From contig NIVC01002166.1 in the NCBI GenBank assembly GCA_002269645.1, forward strand, positions 42,744 to 106,743: a stretch of 64,000 nt of DNA, given 5' to 3'. The notes beneath the pieces were generated by a model. The model had not been told where the DNA came from and did not search any database. It saw only the letters and a list, made by a program, of their open reading frames with translations. Shown here piece after piece: positions 12,206 to 24,667 of the stretch. The DNA is from Macrostomum lignano (lineage: Eukaryota). Numbering within the stretch: the first letter of the stretch is position 1; every line of letters begins with the position of its first letter. A program made the position numbers and the translations under genes.

Positions 12206-12894
12206 TAGCAAGGAGAGAAAATCAAGACGTGAACACGACACCACACCCCAACACACGGCGTCAGTAATTAAATATCTACGGCCCGCGGAGGGGGAGGCCA
12301 ACAGCCCTCCAACCCACCACCCCATCGATCCCAACCCGCGCCAGCCAACCACACCGCCAGGGGGGGAGGAAACACCGATCCCCCCGCCGCTCGGCCCAGC
12401 CAATCAGAACGCAGTAAGCAACAAATAGTACAGAAGCTGAACGATAAGTCATAGTAAAAAAACGCCCGGCTTGAACCAATTGATGCATGTGGGGACAAAC
12501 TGAGTCAACCTGGCACTGAAACAAAAGTGCATGCAGAAAACAACAGTAATAAAAGTATTGAGTGCAAGTTTCACTAATAGATCGATAAAATTGACTCTTA
12601 GTCACTCAGAAGTTAGCAATGGAAAATCTTTTTTAAAATGAACATTACTACGCCTTTACACTTTCATTAAGCCTGGAGACGAAAAAAGCTTTAATGTTTC
12701 AAGCAATTTAGCCAGCCCATCTTGGTCTGGGGGATAGATTGGCATTGTACGTATTGAGGCAATGCTGCCAGTGTTTGTACTACAGCCGGGTAGGGACCGA
12801 GAGAGTTTCCAATTGGTGAAAAGGTGCCTTCGCAACCAACGCCCTTGAAGCTAATTTTTTGTTTGCTACGTCAATCAGGGCCAAAGCCAGTGGG

Positions 12895-12980
12895 AGCCGG
12901 GGCGGGCGGCCTCCTCACTCCGCCGCCCTCTCGTCCCCCCCCCCCCCCCGGCGGGTCAGATTGCGTGTATTTAAGCTGCG
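12895..12980 (+). promoter_or_regulatory. Putative promoter of the secreted-protein gene: GC box and TATA-like element
   Basis: GGGGCGGGCGG at ~12899; GTATTTAAG at ~12967, about 100 nt upstream of ATG 13068. Confidence 0.4.
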
Positions 12981-13067
12981 GCACGGGCCGCCCCAGCTGC
13001 CCTTACGCCACCAGCTCAGCCGGCACCAGCTCAGGCGCAACACTCGACAGCTACTCTCGAACCCGAC

Positions 13068-13487
13068 ATGCCGACTGCCGCGCACTGCCGCCAGCCGCAC
13101 CAGCCGCCGCCGCTGGCCCTGCTACTGGCTCTGCTATTAATTTGCCTGGGCGCCCAGCTGCCAAAAGCGGCGGCGCAGAACGCCGAGGTCGAACGAATCT
13201 GCGGCCAAAATCCGTTCGAAAGGCTGAAGCAGATCGCCGAAAATATTCTGCAGAGAACTCTAACAGGCCGTGAGTAGCTGCTCAGGTTGCTAACCGATAA
13301 TATCAAACAGCTTAAACTTCGCGTTGCTAACCCCGGCAGCCACTCCCTTTATTCCGGTAATTTTGCAGCTGAGTTCCACATCCTGTTCAACCGGGCGCTT
13401 AGCGATCCGGAGAAGGGCCCGCGGCTGAAGGCTGCGGTCACCCGCTACCAGGAGTGCAGCCTGGGCGTGGAGAACAGCCACTTCTGA
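13068..13487 (+). CDS. Small secreted protein of unknown family, 2 exons 13068-13269 and 13369-13487, 106 aa
   Basis: Hydrophobic signal peptide LALLLALLLICLG..AAA/Q; phase-1 99-nt intron C|GTGAGT...TTTTGCAG|CT; GC-rich codon usage; AATAAA at 13733. Confidence 0.75.
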
Positions 13488-14536
13488 ACTGGTGGCGCAA
13501 TGCTAACTGACTGAAATAGACACACCCGCACCTGGCCTACTCACCGGGCAGTGTTTAATCAAGCACCTCTTATTCACTCACCTCTTCCGGCACCAGTTTT
13601 GTGTTATTCAATTCAATTTTAATCGGGTCGCAACAGCGAAATACAAATTTGAGCTAGACAAATTCTAGGACATGAGTCAACCTCATCTCAACCGGGTATC
13701 TGATTATAAACTAACAGCTTTTGAGCAAGCAAAATAAAAACAATTGAGAGGATGCGTCTGTTACCGTGATGGCTTTTTGCAATTATTGTTATCAGCTTGT
13801 AGAAGAAATCAGATTAGTTGCGAAGAGAGTCAAGCAACCCCACAGGCCGAAGGGATTGTGATTGATTCTATGGAAGGTCTAATCATTGTGGCAATCACGA
13901 GTTGTATTAGGCTATTATTAATATAGATAATTGGGCGAATGTCTGGTGGAGTGAGCCTGTTCATAATTAGTGTTATTGTAATGCACTTATTTAAATAAAT
14001 AAGCAGAGCAAATGTGATTGAAGTTGCCAGTGAGATACACAAATATGCGGCCACATATAGGAGGGTTTTCGAGAGAAAAAAATATCGACAAAGGAGCGGT
14101 TGGCAGCTATCTACTGTCTAAGTTAATTTGAAGCAAAGAAGACAGACAGAAGCAGAAAAAATGATCGGAATAGCGTAGACTTCAAGTGTTCAGTAAAAAT
14201 AAAACTTCAACAAATTAAAACTAAGGCCTTCAATAATAGAAAATATCGAATATAGATTAATTGGCCCAGCTTCACTTCACGCAATCCAGAAACCCGATAG
14301 GCCAAGGTAATAAAATTTAATCGATAATTGAGGCACCTGACCTAATTTCATGGTGGATGTCCTCGGCAGACCTCGCAAAGTGCAAAGCTAAATTTAGCAA
14401 CAGAAACACAGCAAGAAAAAGTCGGTGTTACTAGGATTCCTGGTTCTCCGAATACATAATATAGCAGCGGGAAACCCCCACGCTTCCGTGCGTGCTTTTA
14501 ACGGCGATTTCACTGCCACTATTTGACTGCCACTAT

Positions 14537-14960
14537 TTGACTGCCGACCAAACCCCAACCCCAACCACAACCCCAACCACAATCCCAACCATAACCCCAA
14601 CCACAACCCCAACCACAACCCCAACCTCAATCACAACACCAACCATAATCACAACACCAAATCAAACACAACCCCAACCCCAACCACAACCACAACCACA
14701 ACCCCAACCCCAACCTCAATCACAACACCAACCATAATCACAACACCAAATCAAACACAACCCCAACCCTAAACCAAACCACAACCCCAAACCAAACTAC
14801 AACCCCAAACCAAACCACAACCCCAACCACAACACCAAATCAACCACAATTCCAACCACAACCCCAACCCCAGTCACATCAACCACAACCACAACACCAA
14901 ATCAACCACAACCCCAACCCCAACCACAACCGCAACCCAATTAAATAATCGGCAGTCAAA
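14537..14960. repeat. CAACCC/CAACCA low-complexity telomere-like tract bounded by a perfect 12-bp inverted repeat
   Basis: TTTGACTGCCGA (14537-14548) and TCGGCAGTCAAA (14949-14960) flank the tract. Confidence 0.7.
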
Positions 14961-15163
14961 AGCCGGGCTTCCGATTTAGACAGGCCTAGCATTCAGAATT
15001 CCCTACGGAGAACTAACTTGACGATATGTATAGAAAACCAATTTATCCCAAAGGTAGGCGAAGACAGCACCAACTTGAAGATTAATTACGAGCGTATAAT
15101 TGACAATATAATGTAAGGTAGGCCACAGAACATCATCCTCTCCATTAGAATCTGCGCTGGAAT

Positions 15164-18124
15164 TCAAAAGAACTCGGAGTCCGAGCTCTGGCTGGTGTCG
15201 CCTCCGCCTCCGCTGCGACCGGCAGCTCCGCCGTCCCGATGCGTTACGCCGCCATCGTTGTCGACCTCGGCGCTAACAGCGGCAGTGGCGGCTGCTCCGC
15301 CAGATGCGTCGCAGTCGTCTTCGTTGGCCTGCAGCAGCGAGGAGCGAGACCGGAGCAGCAGGCGGGAGAAGCTGGGGAACATGGCGGCCAGGAGCAGCTG
15401 CAGGCACTCGGCTGTGCGGGCCGAGCTGGCGCAGGCCAGAGCGGGTACGCCGCCTTCGGCGTCGGCGCAGAATAGGTTGGCCTTCTTGCTGATCAGGTGC
15501 TCAACAACGCCGGGCAGGCCGTTGCCGGCTGCCAGGTGGATTGGCCCTCTACCAGCGCTGTCCAGCTGCGGCAGGACCAAGGCGAGACAAGGCGTGCGGT
15601 TAGCGCGGGTGGCAACCACTTGCAGCAAGAATTGAAGGTTGCTTAGGGATTTCGGGTCAATTGAGGACTTTGGGTCACTTGGGGACTTTTGGTTAATTGG
15701 GGATTTTGGGTCAGTTAGGGACTTTAGGTCACTTGTGGATTTTGGGTCAGTTAGGGACTTTAGGTCACTTGTGGATTTTGGGTCAGTTAGGGACTTTAGG
15801 TCACTTGTGGATTTTGGCTCAGTTAGGGACTTTAGGTCACTTGTGGATTTTGGCTCAGTTAGGGACTTTAGGTCAGTTAGGGATTTTGGGTCACTTGTGG
15901 ATTTTGGCTCAGTTAGGGACTTTAGGTCAGTTAGGGATTTTGGGTCAGTTAGGGACTTTGGGTTAGTTAGGGATTTTGGGTCACTTGTGGATTTTGGGTC
16001 AGTTAGGGACTTTAGGTCACTTGTGGATTTTGGCTCAGTTAGGGACTTTAGGTCAGTTAGGGATTTTGGGTCAGTTAGGGACTTTGGGTTAGTTAGGGAT
16101 TTTGGGTCACTTGTGGATTTTGGGTCAGTTAGGGACTTTAGGTCAGTTAGGGATTTTGGGTCAGTTAGGGACTTTGGGTTAGTTAGGGACTTTAGGTCAC
16201 TTGTGGATTTTGGGTCAGTTAGGGACTTTAGGTCAGTTAGGGATTTTGGGTCACTTGAGGACTTTGGGTCACTTGGGGACTTTAGGTCAGTTAGGGATTT
16301 TGGGTCAGTTAGGGACTTTGGGTTAGTTAGGGATTTTGGGTCACTTGGGGACTTTGGGTTAGTTAGGGATTTTGGGTCACTTGAGGACTTTGGGTCACTT
16401 GGGGACTTTAGGTCAGTTAGGGATTTTGGGTCAGTTAGGGACTTTGGGTTAGTTAGGGATTTTGGGTCACTTGGGGACTTTGGGTTAGTTAGGGATTTTG
16501 GGTCACTTGGGGACTTTGGGTCACTTGGGGATTTTGGCTACCAGGAAACAAAGGTCATATAAAGACATGAAATAAAGGATTTAACGAGGAGTCCCTGTTT
16601 ACATGTAGAATAGAAAAAACTTGACTCAATAGAGGATAGAATTGAAAAACAATCACTCCGACACTCATCACTCACAGCATTGATGAGATCCGGATCCACG
16701 ATCCGCTCCAATAGGAGAAGAGCGGCTCCCTCGTCGCTAGTAGAGCAGGCGTGATGCAGACAGGTCCTGCCGTCGGCGTCAACCACCGACACGGAGGCGC
16801 CGGCATCAAGCAACAGGCTGGTGGCAGCGGCGCGCGCCTTGCCGGCTGCCAGCAGAAGCGGCGTAGCGCCTTCAGCGTCGGCGACGTCAACGGTGGCGCC
16901 GTAGCGAAGCAGCAGGCTGGCCGCTTCGCAGTGATCGCCGTGCGCGGCGGCGTGCAGCGGGGTTCGACCACGCGAGTCGCGTCCGTCCACCTGGGCGCCG
17001 GCCTCTAGCAGGAGCTCAACGCAGGTGTCGTGGCCGCGGCCGGCGGCGCAGTGCAGCGGGCTGTAGGAGTTCCAGGCGCGCCAGACTGGCTTCTGCTCTC
17101 CCGAGGCTGGCGGTGCCGGCGGTGTCGGCGGATGCCGCTGCAGCAGCAGCTCGACGCAGCGCGTGAAGCCATGGTAGGCGGCGTAGTGCAGCGCCGAGTA
17201 GCCTTTGGCGTCGATGCTGGCCGCAGCTTCGGGGTTGTTGCCGATGGCCGTGAGCAGGCGGTCGGTGGTGGCCTCGTGGCCGCAGGCGGCCGTCATGTGC
17301 AGCGCGTGGCGCTTTCGAAAATCGCGCGCCAGCGGATTGGCGCCAACTTTGATAAGCAGCTCAGTGCAGTCGTCGTGACCGTTGGCGGCGGCACGGTGCA
17401 GGGCGGTCCTCTCGTAGACGTCGGGCATCTGCGAATCGGCGCCTACCTTCAACAGCAGGCGGGCGGCCTCCAGGTGGCCGTTCTGGGCGGCCAGCATCAG
17501 CGGCGTGCGGTCGTGCGCATCGGCGCTGTCGATCAGCGGCCGGCCTCCGCGGCTCCACAGCATCGCCTGGAGGACGCCGACGTGGCCAGCAGCGGCGGCG
17601 TAGTGAAGGCCGTTCCAGCCGAACAGGCCGTCCACCATCTCCAGTGCACAGCCGCTGCTGTCCAGCAGGGTCTTAACTGCGCCCAGGTGGCCCTGGTGGG
17701 CGGCCAGGTGCAGCGGCGTGCGGCCCTGCGGATCGGCGGCCGAATTTGCGGGACTCTCCGGGGCCAGGTGCTTGGCCAGGAGGCTCAACACCTCATCGTG
17801 GCCGTGATAGGCGGCCAGGTGCTGCGGGCTCGGCGAAGAGTTCCAAGCGGCCCGGAGCACGGTGGCCCTGGTGGCGTCCAGCAGGCGGGCGACGGTGTGC
17901 CGGCTGCCAGCGCGGGCGGCGAAGTGCAGCGGCAGCAGCGGGCCGAGCTCGGGGAATTCAGCCGTCTGGCACGGATCGGCGCCGTGCAGCAGCAGCTGAT
18001 CGGACAGCTGCGGGTCGCTGGCGGCGGCCAGGTGCAGCGGCGTGAGGCCCTGCCTGTCCGCCTGGCCCGGCAGGGAGCCGCCGTTCAACTGAGGGGCGAA
18101 GACGGAGAGGCATAGGATTAACGG

Positions 18125-18185
<61 letters not shown>

Positions 18186-18190
18186 CACAC

Positions 18191-18228
<38 letters not shown>

Positions 18229-21200
18229 GGACAGACAGACGGCAGCTCACCAGAGTCACAGCCGCATTCCGATGCCCCTTGGCGGCGGCATAGTGCAGCG
18301 GAGTCCGGCCCACCGAGTCCAGGGCATTGGGATCGGCGCCCTTGCCTAGCAGATATTCGACGCACTCAACGCGCCCACCAACGGCGGCCGCATGCAGGCA
18401 AGTTCGGCCGAATGCGTCAAGCCGGCCGATGGCCAGCGGCTGGGCCAGCGTGAGCCGCTGGACGCAGTCAAAATAGCCGGACAGGCAGGCAAGATGCAGC
18501 GGCGTGAGCTGGCTGGGCCCGACTGGCCGGTCAGGCGAGGCGCCGGCCTTCATCATCACGTCAAGGAAGAGGTCGTGGCCTCGCATCGCGGCGACGCTGA
18601 GCGGAGTGTAGCCGGAGGCATCGACAGAGTCGGGCACGGCGCCGGCGGCCAGCAGCGACTGGGCGCGAGTGAACCGGCCGTGAACAGCGGCCATGTGAAG
18701 TGGAGTGCGGCCCTCCAGGCAGACCGCGTTCACGTTGGCATCCTCGTGAATTAGCCAGTCTAGGCACTGAGCGCTGTGCGTGCCTGCAATGTAATGATTT
18801 GAAATGAAGGTGAGAAGGTGCTTCTTCTCAGGGTTGAACATACACTTAAGGGGGGTGGTCGGTGTTGCATGTACTCTAGGGAGGCTGGGTGGTCGGTGTC
18901 GCATGTACTCTAGGGAGGCTGGGTGGTCGGTGTTGCATGTACTCTAGGGAGGCTGGGTGGTCGGTGTTGCATGTACTCTAGGGAGAGGCTGAGGTGGTCG
19001 GTGTTGCATATACTCTAGGGAGAGGCTGGGTGGTCGGTGTCGCATGTACTCTAGGGGGAGGCTGGGTGGTCGGTGTTGCATGTACTCTAGGGAGAGGCTG
19101 GGTGGTCGGTGTTGCATGTACTCTAGGGAGGCTGGGTGGTCGGTGTTGCATGTACTCTAGGGAGAGGCTGGGTGGTCGGTGTTGCATGTACTCTAGGGAG
19201 AGGCTGGGTGGTCGGTGTTGCATGTACTCTAGGGAGAGGCTGGGTGGTCGGTGTTGCCTGTACTCTAGGGAGAGGCTGGGTGGTCGGTGTTGCATGTACT
19301 CTAGGGAGAGGCTGGGTGGTCGGTGTTGCATGTACTCTAGGGAGAGGCTGAGGTGGTCGGTGTTGCATATACTCTAGGGAGAGGCTGGGTGGCGGGTGTC
19401 GAATGTACTCTAAGGGAGGCTGGGTGGCGGGTGTCGCATGTACTTTAAGGGAGGCTGGGCAAAGGCCGCAGCACGCACCCGCAGCGGCCAGATGAATGGC
19501 AGTCTGTCCCAGCTGGTTCTGAGCCTCCAGCTCCACCCCGGCCAGCTCGGAGCACAGCTGGTCGTTGCCATTGAGGCAGGCCACGTGCAGCGGCGTGTTG
19601 CCCTGCAGGGTGGCCGCGTTGACGTCGGCACCCAGGTCGACCAGCTTGCGCGCGGCGAAGATATTGCCGCAGGCGGCGGCCGTGTGCAGCGGAGTGAAGG
19701 CCTGCTTATCGCGAGCGTTGATCTCAGCGCCGTGGCGGACCAGCAGGTCGATGAGATCCACGCTGCCGTTGTAGGCGGCCCAGTGCAGGGCGCGCCGGTC
19801 GCGCTTGTCGAATGCGTTGACCATGTCCGGCGAGCGGGACAGCAGAAGCTCGGCCACTTCCGGGTGGCCGTTGAATGCGGCATGGTGCAGCGCCGTGTGG
19901 CCAGCCCGATCGCTGACGTTCGGATTAGTCAGATGAGGCAATAGAAGCTGGGCGCACTCAACCGCATTGTTGGCGGCGGCCACGTGCAGCGGGGTCTGCC
20001 AGTTGCGATCGCGGCATTGGACCTCGGCCTGGGCATTGGGAAGGCATTGGGGCGGCTAAGAGGTTGTCTATGGGCTAAGCTGTGCGGCCTCGGCTGCGAT
20101 CGATAGTTACTTGGACTCGCTTATGAGTGATTTATGATCCTTTTTAAAACACTTTTGCCTAAATTTATGAGCGTAATTGTAGTTGTTTGGCATCATTTAT
20201 AAGCGGTTTCCGAGTGGTTAAGCTATATTTATGAGCGATTCATAAGTTTCAGCATCATGTATGAGTGATTTTTATTGTATTTTGCCTAGTTTATGGGCGC
20301 TTTCTAGCGGTTATTTCTCATTCGTTAGCGTTTATTAAATTTTTCATTGATGGTCTTATTGGCGAGCAATGAATGGCTCAACTGCTTCAGGTCTCATTGG
20401 TGAGCTATGGCTAAACTGCTTCAGGTCTCATTGTGATGAATGGCTCAACTGCTTCAGTTCTCATTGGTGAGCAATGGCTCAACTGCTTCAGGTCTCATTG
20501 TGATGAATGGCTCAACTGCTTCAGGTCTCATTGGTGAGCAATGGCTCAACTGCTTCAGGTCTCATTGTGATGAATGGCTCAACTGCTTCAGGTCTCATTG
20601 TGATGAATGGCTCAACTGCTTCAGGTCTCATTGGTGAGCAATGGCTCAACTGCTTCAGGTCTCATTGTGATGAATGGCTCAACTGCTTCAGGTCTCATTG
20701 TGATGAATAGCTCAACTGCTTCAGGTCTCATTGATGAGCAATGGCTCAACTGCTTCAGGTCTCATTGGTGAGCAATGGCTCAACTGCTTCAGGTCTCATT
20801 GTGATGAATGGCTCAACTGCTTCAGGTCTCATTGTGATGAATGGCTCAACTGCTTCAGGTCTCATTGGTGAGCAATGGCTAAACTGCTTCAGGTCTCATT
20901 GGTGAGCAATGGCTCAACTGCTTCAGGTCTCATTGTGATGAATGGCTCAACTGCTTCAGTTCTCATTGTGATGAATGGCTCAACTGCTTCAGGTCTCATT
21001 GGTGAGCAATGGCTCAACTGCTTCAGGTCTCATTGTGATGAATGGCTCAACTGCTTCAGGTCTCATTGTGATGAATGGCTCAACTGCTTCAGGTCTCATT
21101 GGTGAGCAATGGCTCAACTGCTTCAGGTCTCATTGTGATGAATGGCTCAACTGCTTCAGGTCTCATTGGTGAGCAATGGCTCAACTGCTTCAGGTCTCAT

Positions 21201-23304
21201 TGGTTGTTGCAATGTCAGTCTCATCGGTATATTTTAAATATATTTTAGCCAAAGAACACTGATAAAATGTGTTTTCATAACGGGCGGGAATAGGTCACAG
21301 CTCCACACCCAGTTGGAGAGAGTGAGTTCGCAGATTGACAGGTAGAGATGAGGATAGAAAGAATGAAGAGTATCAGCGATCCCGCATATTCAATTTGCCA
21401 ATACTGAGGCTGACGAATACACAACGGGTCAAGCAGTTTTACTGCAAGTTTTCAACCCCCTCAATCCATCTGTGTATTCAGCCAGCATTTTGTGAGAGCG
21501 CCTAAATTTAATGGACACAGGGAGGCTGCAGGGACGAAAAGCCAATTAGCAGTCAGTTGGCGTAGGATCGCTGCAGAGGACCTAAGCTATCTATCCAGCC
21601 TTCGGATAGCTCATTAAATATTTATGATCTCGACGCGAACGGGAAACGCATCTCTTGGCTTGTTGAGTTTCTAGGAAAAATTGATTGGGGGTCTGTTTTG
21701 AATTTGATTTTTTTTGCATTGCTATTCGTGTATGGCCGTGTACTTTTATTGAGCACTAAGGTTAATTTGTTTGATATATTTTGACAGGGCAAGCACCGGA
21801 GGGCAAACACCGGAGGGCAAACAAAGGAGGGAAAACACCGGAGGGCAAACACCGGAGGGCAAACACCAGAGGGCAAACACCGGAGGGCAAACAAAGGAGG
21901 GAAAACACCGGAGGGCAAACACCGGAGGGCAAACACCGGAGGGCAAACACCGGAGGGCAAACAAAGGAGGGAAAACACCGGAGGGCAAACACCGGAGGGC
22001 AAACACCGGAGGGTAAACACCGGAGGGCAAACACCGGAGGGTAAACACCAGAGGGTAAACACCGGAGGGTAAACACCAGAGGGTAAACACCGGAGGGTAA
22101 ACACCAGAGGGTAAACACCGGAGGGCAAACACCAGAGGGTAAACACCGGAGGGCAAACACCGGAGGGTAAACACCAGAGGGCAAACACCGGAGGGCAAAC
22201 ACCAGAGGGTAAACACCGGAGGGCAAACACCAGAGGGTAAACACCGGAGGGCAAACACCGGAGGGTAAACACCAGAGGGCAAACACCGGAGGGCAAACAC
22301 CAGAGGGTAAACACCGGAGGGCAAACACCAGAGGGTAAACACCGGAGGGCAAACACCGGAGGGTAAACACCAGAGGGCAAACACCAGAGGGCAAACACCG
22401 GAGGGCAAACACCGGAGGGTAAACACCAGAGGGCAAACACCGGAGGGCAAACACCAGAGGGTAAACACCGGAGGGCAAACACCAGAGGGCAAACACCGGA
22501 GGGCAAACACCGGAGGGTAAACACCAGAGGGCAAACACCGGAGGGCAAACACCAGAGGGCAAACACCGGAGGGTAAACACCAGAGGGCAAACACCAGAGG
22601 GCAAACACCGGAGGGCAAACACCAGTGGGCAAACACCGGAGGGCAAACACCAGTGGGCAAACACCCGAGGGCAAACAAATCCTGCTTAATATAAATAATA
22701 GGGCAAAACTGAACTTAATCTTTGATTCGATCTCTTTGGAATGCGATTCAATACCAGATTTTGCACCGCCACTGTCTCCATTGTCATTGTCCCAATGGGT
22801 TCGCGTTCACTCCACAAACTCCAGATTTCACAAACGGTTTCTCTCATCGATTTCAGTTCGTTCGTGGCCAAATTAATAATTAAAGCAGGGAATAATTTTT
22901 TTTTTTTGACGATATGAGAAGGCCATGGCCGCCAAATCTTCAATCCCACTAAAATACTCGCTGAAGTGTGCACAGACCTGATGATCAAGCAGCACCTGAA
23001 CGCATCTGGCAGACTTGCTAGCGCAGGCTCGATGCAACGGCGTGTACCACTTGCTGTCCTTGCAGTTAACCCTGGCCCCGGCGCACAGCAGCAAGCTGGC
23101 AATCTCGGGCTCGTCCAGGTGCGCGGCCGCGTGCAGCGCTGTCCTCTTCTCGGCGTCCTGGGCGTTGATCTCCTCGCGCTGGGCGGACAGAACGCAGCGG
23201 ACGCCGTCAGGATTGCTGGCGAACGCCTCCTGAATGAGCTCCGGCGCCGCGTCCAGCTTCAGCATGATCAATTGCGGTCGGTGGCGCTCGGCGGGGGATG
23301 ACAT
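15164..23304 (-). CDS. ANKRD28: Ser/Thr protein phosphatase 6 regulatory ankyrin repeat subunit (ANKRD28/44/52 family), 5 exons 23304-22978, 20028-19479, 18783-18251, 18088-16676, 15565-15164, ~1074 aa
   Basis: Collinear match to the family from MLKL..LIQEAF / KRTALHAAA / ARVNCKDSKWYTPLHRAC / RDRNWQTPLHVAAAN / AFDKRDRRALHWAAY to the C-terminal PALACA..AECLQLLLAAM and SDSEFF; all four introns GT-AG with matching phases; total 3225 nt. Co-ortholog of ANKRD28/44/52; the start may instead be ATG 23265. Confidence 0.95.
15640..16537. repeat. Tandem array, 18-bp unit (GTTAGGGATTTTGGGTCA), in ANKRD28 intron 4
   Basis: 6-aa periodic ORF 15639..16562; many units contain TTAGGG. Confidence 0.93.
18124..18240. 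repeat. (CAGA)n microsatellite in ANKRD28 intron 3
   Basis: Direct; translates as CLSV inside the 788-aa ORF. Confidence 0.95.
18852..19458. repeat. Tandem array, 34-36-bp unit (GGGAGAGGCTGGGTGGTCGGTGTTGCATGTACTCTA), in ANKRD28 intron 2
   Basis: 12-aa periodic ORFs. Confidence 0.93.
20368..21205. repeat. Tandem array, two unit variants of 33/34 bp (AATGGCTCAACTGCTTCAGGTCTCATT + GTGATG or GGTGAGC), in ANKRD28 intron 1
   Basis: Direct periodicity with interspersed variants. Confidence 0.93.
21790..22678. repeat. Tandem array, 14-bp unit (GGAGGGCAAACACC), in ANKRD28 intron 1
   Basis: Direct; 14-aa (3-unit) periodic ORFs in all three minus frames. Confidence 0.95.
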
Positions 23305-23590
23305 GAAGCGTAAAGGGAACAAAGCTTAATAATACAATAAACAGACACAGCTATGCACCAGTTTACCTTCAAGTGTTATTAAACTAATTTGGGTTCAATT
23401 CAAACTACCTGAACTTCAATTGAGACACGAAAGAATGCATTTGGATGGTTATTGCGGAAATTCAATTCAGACTCAACTCTCTATTCTATAGGCTAAATTG
23501 TCGTATATATTCTGACAGCTTATGGCTAAAACTGATTTTGAGCGACTGGATAGAAGTTTGAAACAAACAGACAACCGCTACACTTTTGAA

Positions 23591-24167
23591 AAGCTCATTC
23601 TTGTTGTTTTATCTTTGGCTGAGACTGCAAGACGTTTAATTAATTCCGACACTTCAGTCAGACTGGGGCTTGGCATGGCTGCACTTAAACTGGTGCACTT
23701 CGACACCCTACCTCTGCCGTGCCCAGTTTTCTCTCCCTACTATCACTGTGTACCCCATCCCTCGTCTCTTGTCTGCGATTGGCTGAGCCAGGGTAGTGTG
23801 AAAGTCTTACGCCTGACCTTGGTCAGCCCTCTTGTCTTCTCCACCCCTCCCCAGCCTTTTCTTTACCCCACGCGTCGCGCTCAGCCCTAGCCCCGCAGGC
23901 GGCGTCCAGTGATTGGCTGTTGTCTCTGTCTCTCTCCCTTTCTCGCTCTACCTCCCCCTTATTTAAAAATTGCGGCTCAGCCAATCACAGACAGTGACGG
24001 GGGATGGGGTACACAGTGATATTAGGGAGAAAACTGGGCATGGCAGAGGGGGTGTCGAAGGGAACCAGTTTAAGTGAAGCTATGCCAAGCCTCAGTCTGA
24101 CTGAAGTGTCGAAATTGATTAAACATCTTGTAGTCCCAGCCATAGATAAAGCAACAGGAATAAGCTT
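23591..24167. mobile_element. Foldback/MITE-like element: ~200-bp inverted arms (23591-23789 and 23974-24167) around a ~185-bp spacer
   Basis: Arms are reverse complements with scattered substitutions and small indels, e.g. CTTCAGTCAGACTG / CAGTCTGACTGAAG and TATCACTGTGTACCCCATCC / GGATGGGGTACACAGTGATA. Confidence 0.75.
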
Positions 24168-24667
24168 GCTTGGATTGACTAAGAATTCTCGATTTTTTGT
24201 GGAAGTTTGTGTGTTTTGTTTGAAACTAGTCTCTTTTGAAAGGCAATGTTTGTCGGAATCAAATGCACATCCTACCGACCGCTACCATAAACTATCTGAA
24301 CTGAATCAAAGACAAAAAAGTTGATTTCCGTGTTTGATTGGACGTTGATTTTTAAAATGAGCCTTTAGCCGAGAGCAAGTGAAATTACGAGTATTGTGCT
24401 TTATGTAATAGGGCAAACCGAAGCAAAACACGGTGTCTATGGATTGTCTTTAAGTTGTCACTTACACCCAGTCCTAAACCAACTTCGTGGCTGTAGAAAA
24501 GCTATGGCTAGAACTAACGATGTTGATTTTGACATGCAATGTTAGTAAACGGACGTCTAGACTTTCAATAAATGACCCCAGTGTTTTGTTAGACTGAGAG
24601 AGCCAGCATGATTAAAAAAGCGACTTTGCAATTTTGCACGGAGATCAACTCGTTTAAAATGAAAATT

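Noticed and set aside
13287-13487. Stop-codon readthrough joining 13068 and 13287 ORFs (same frame, TAG at 13275)
   Set aside because: A canonical 99-nt GT-AG intron explains it more simply
15639-16562. 307-aa RDFGSV repeat ORF and similar ORFs at 21.6-22.7, 29.6-30.1 and 33.9-34.9 kb
   Set aside because: Intronic arrays within ANKRD28 and CC2D2A
17030-18754. Plus-strand 361-aa and neighbouring ORFs
   Set aside because: Antisense shadows of GC-rich ankyrin exons
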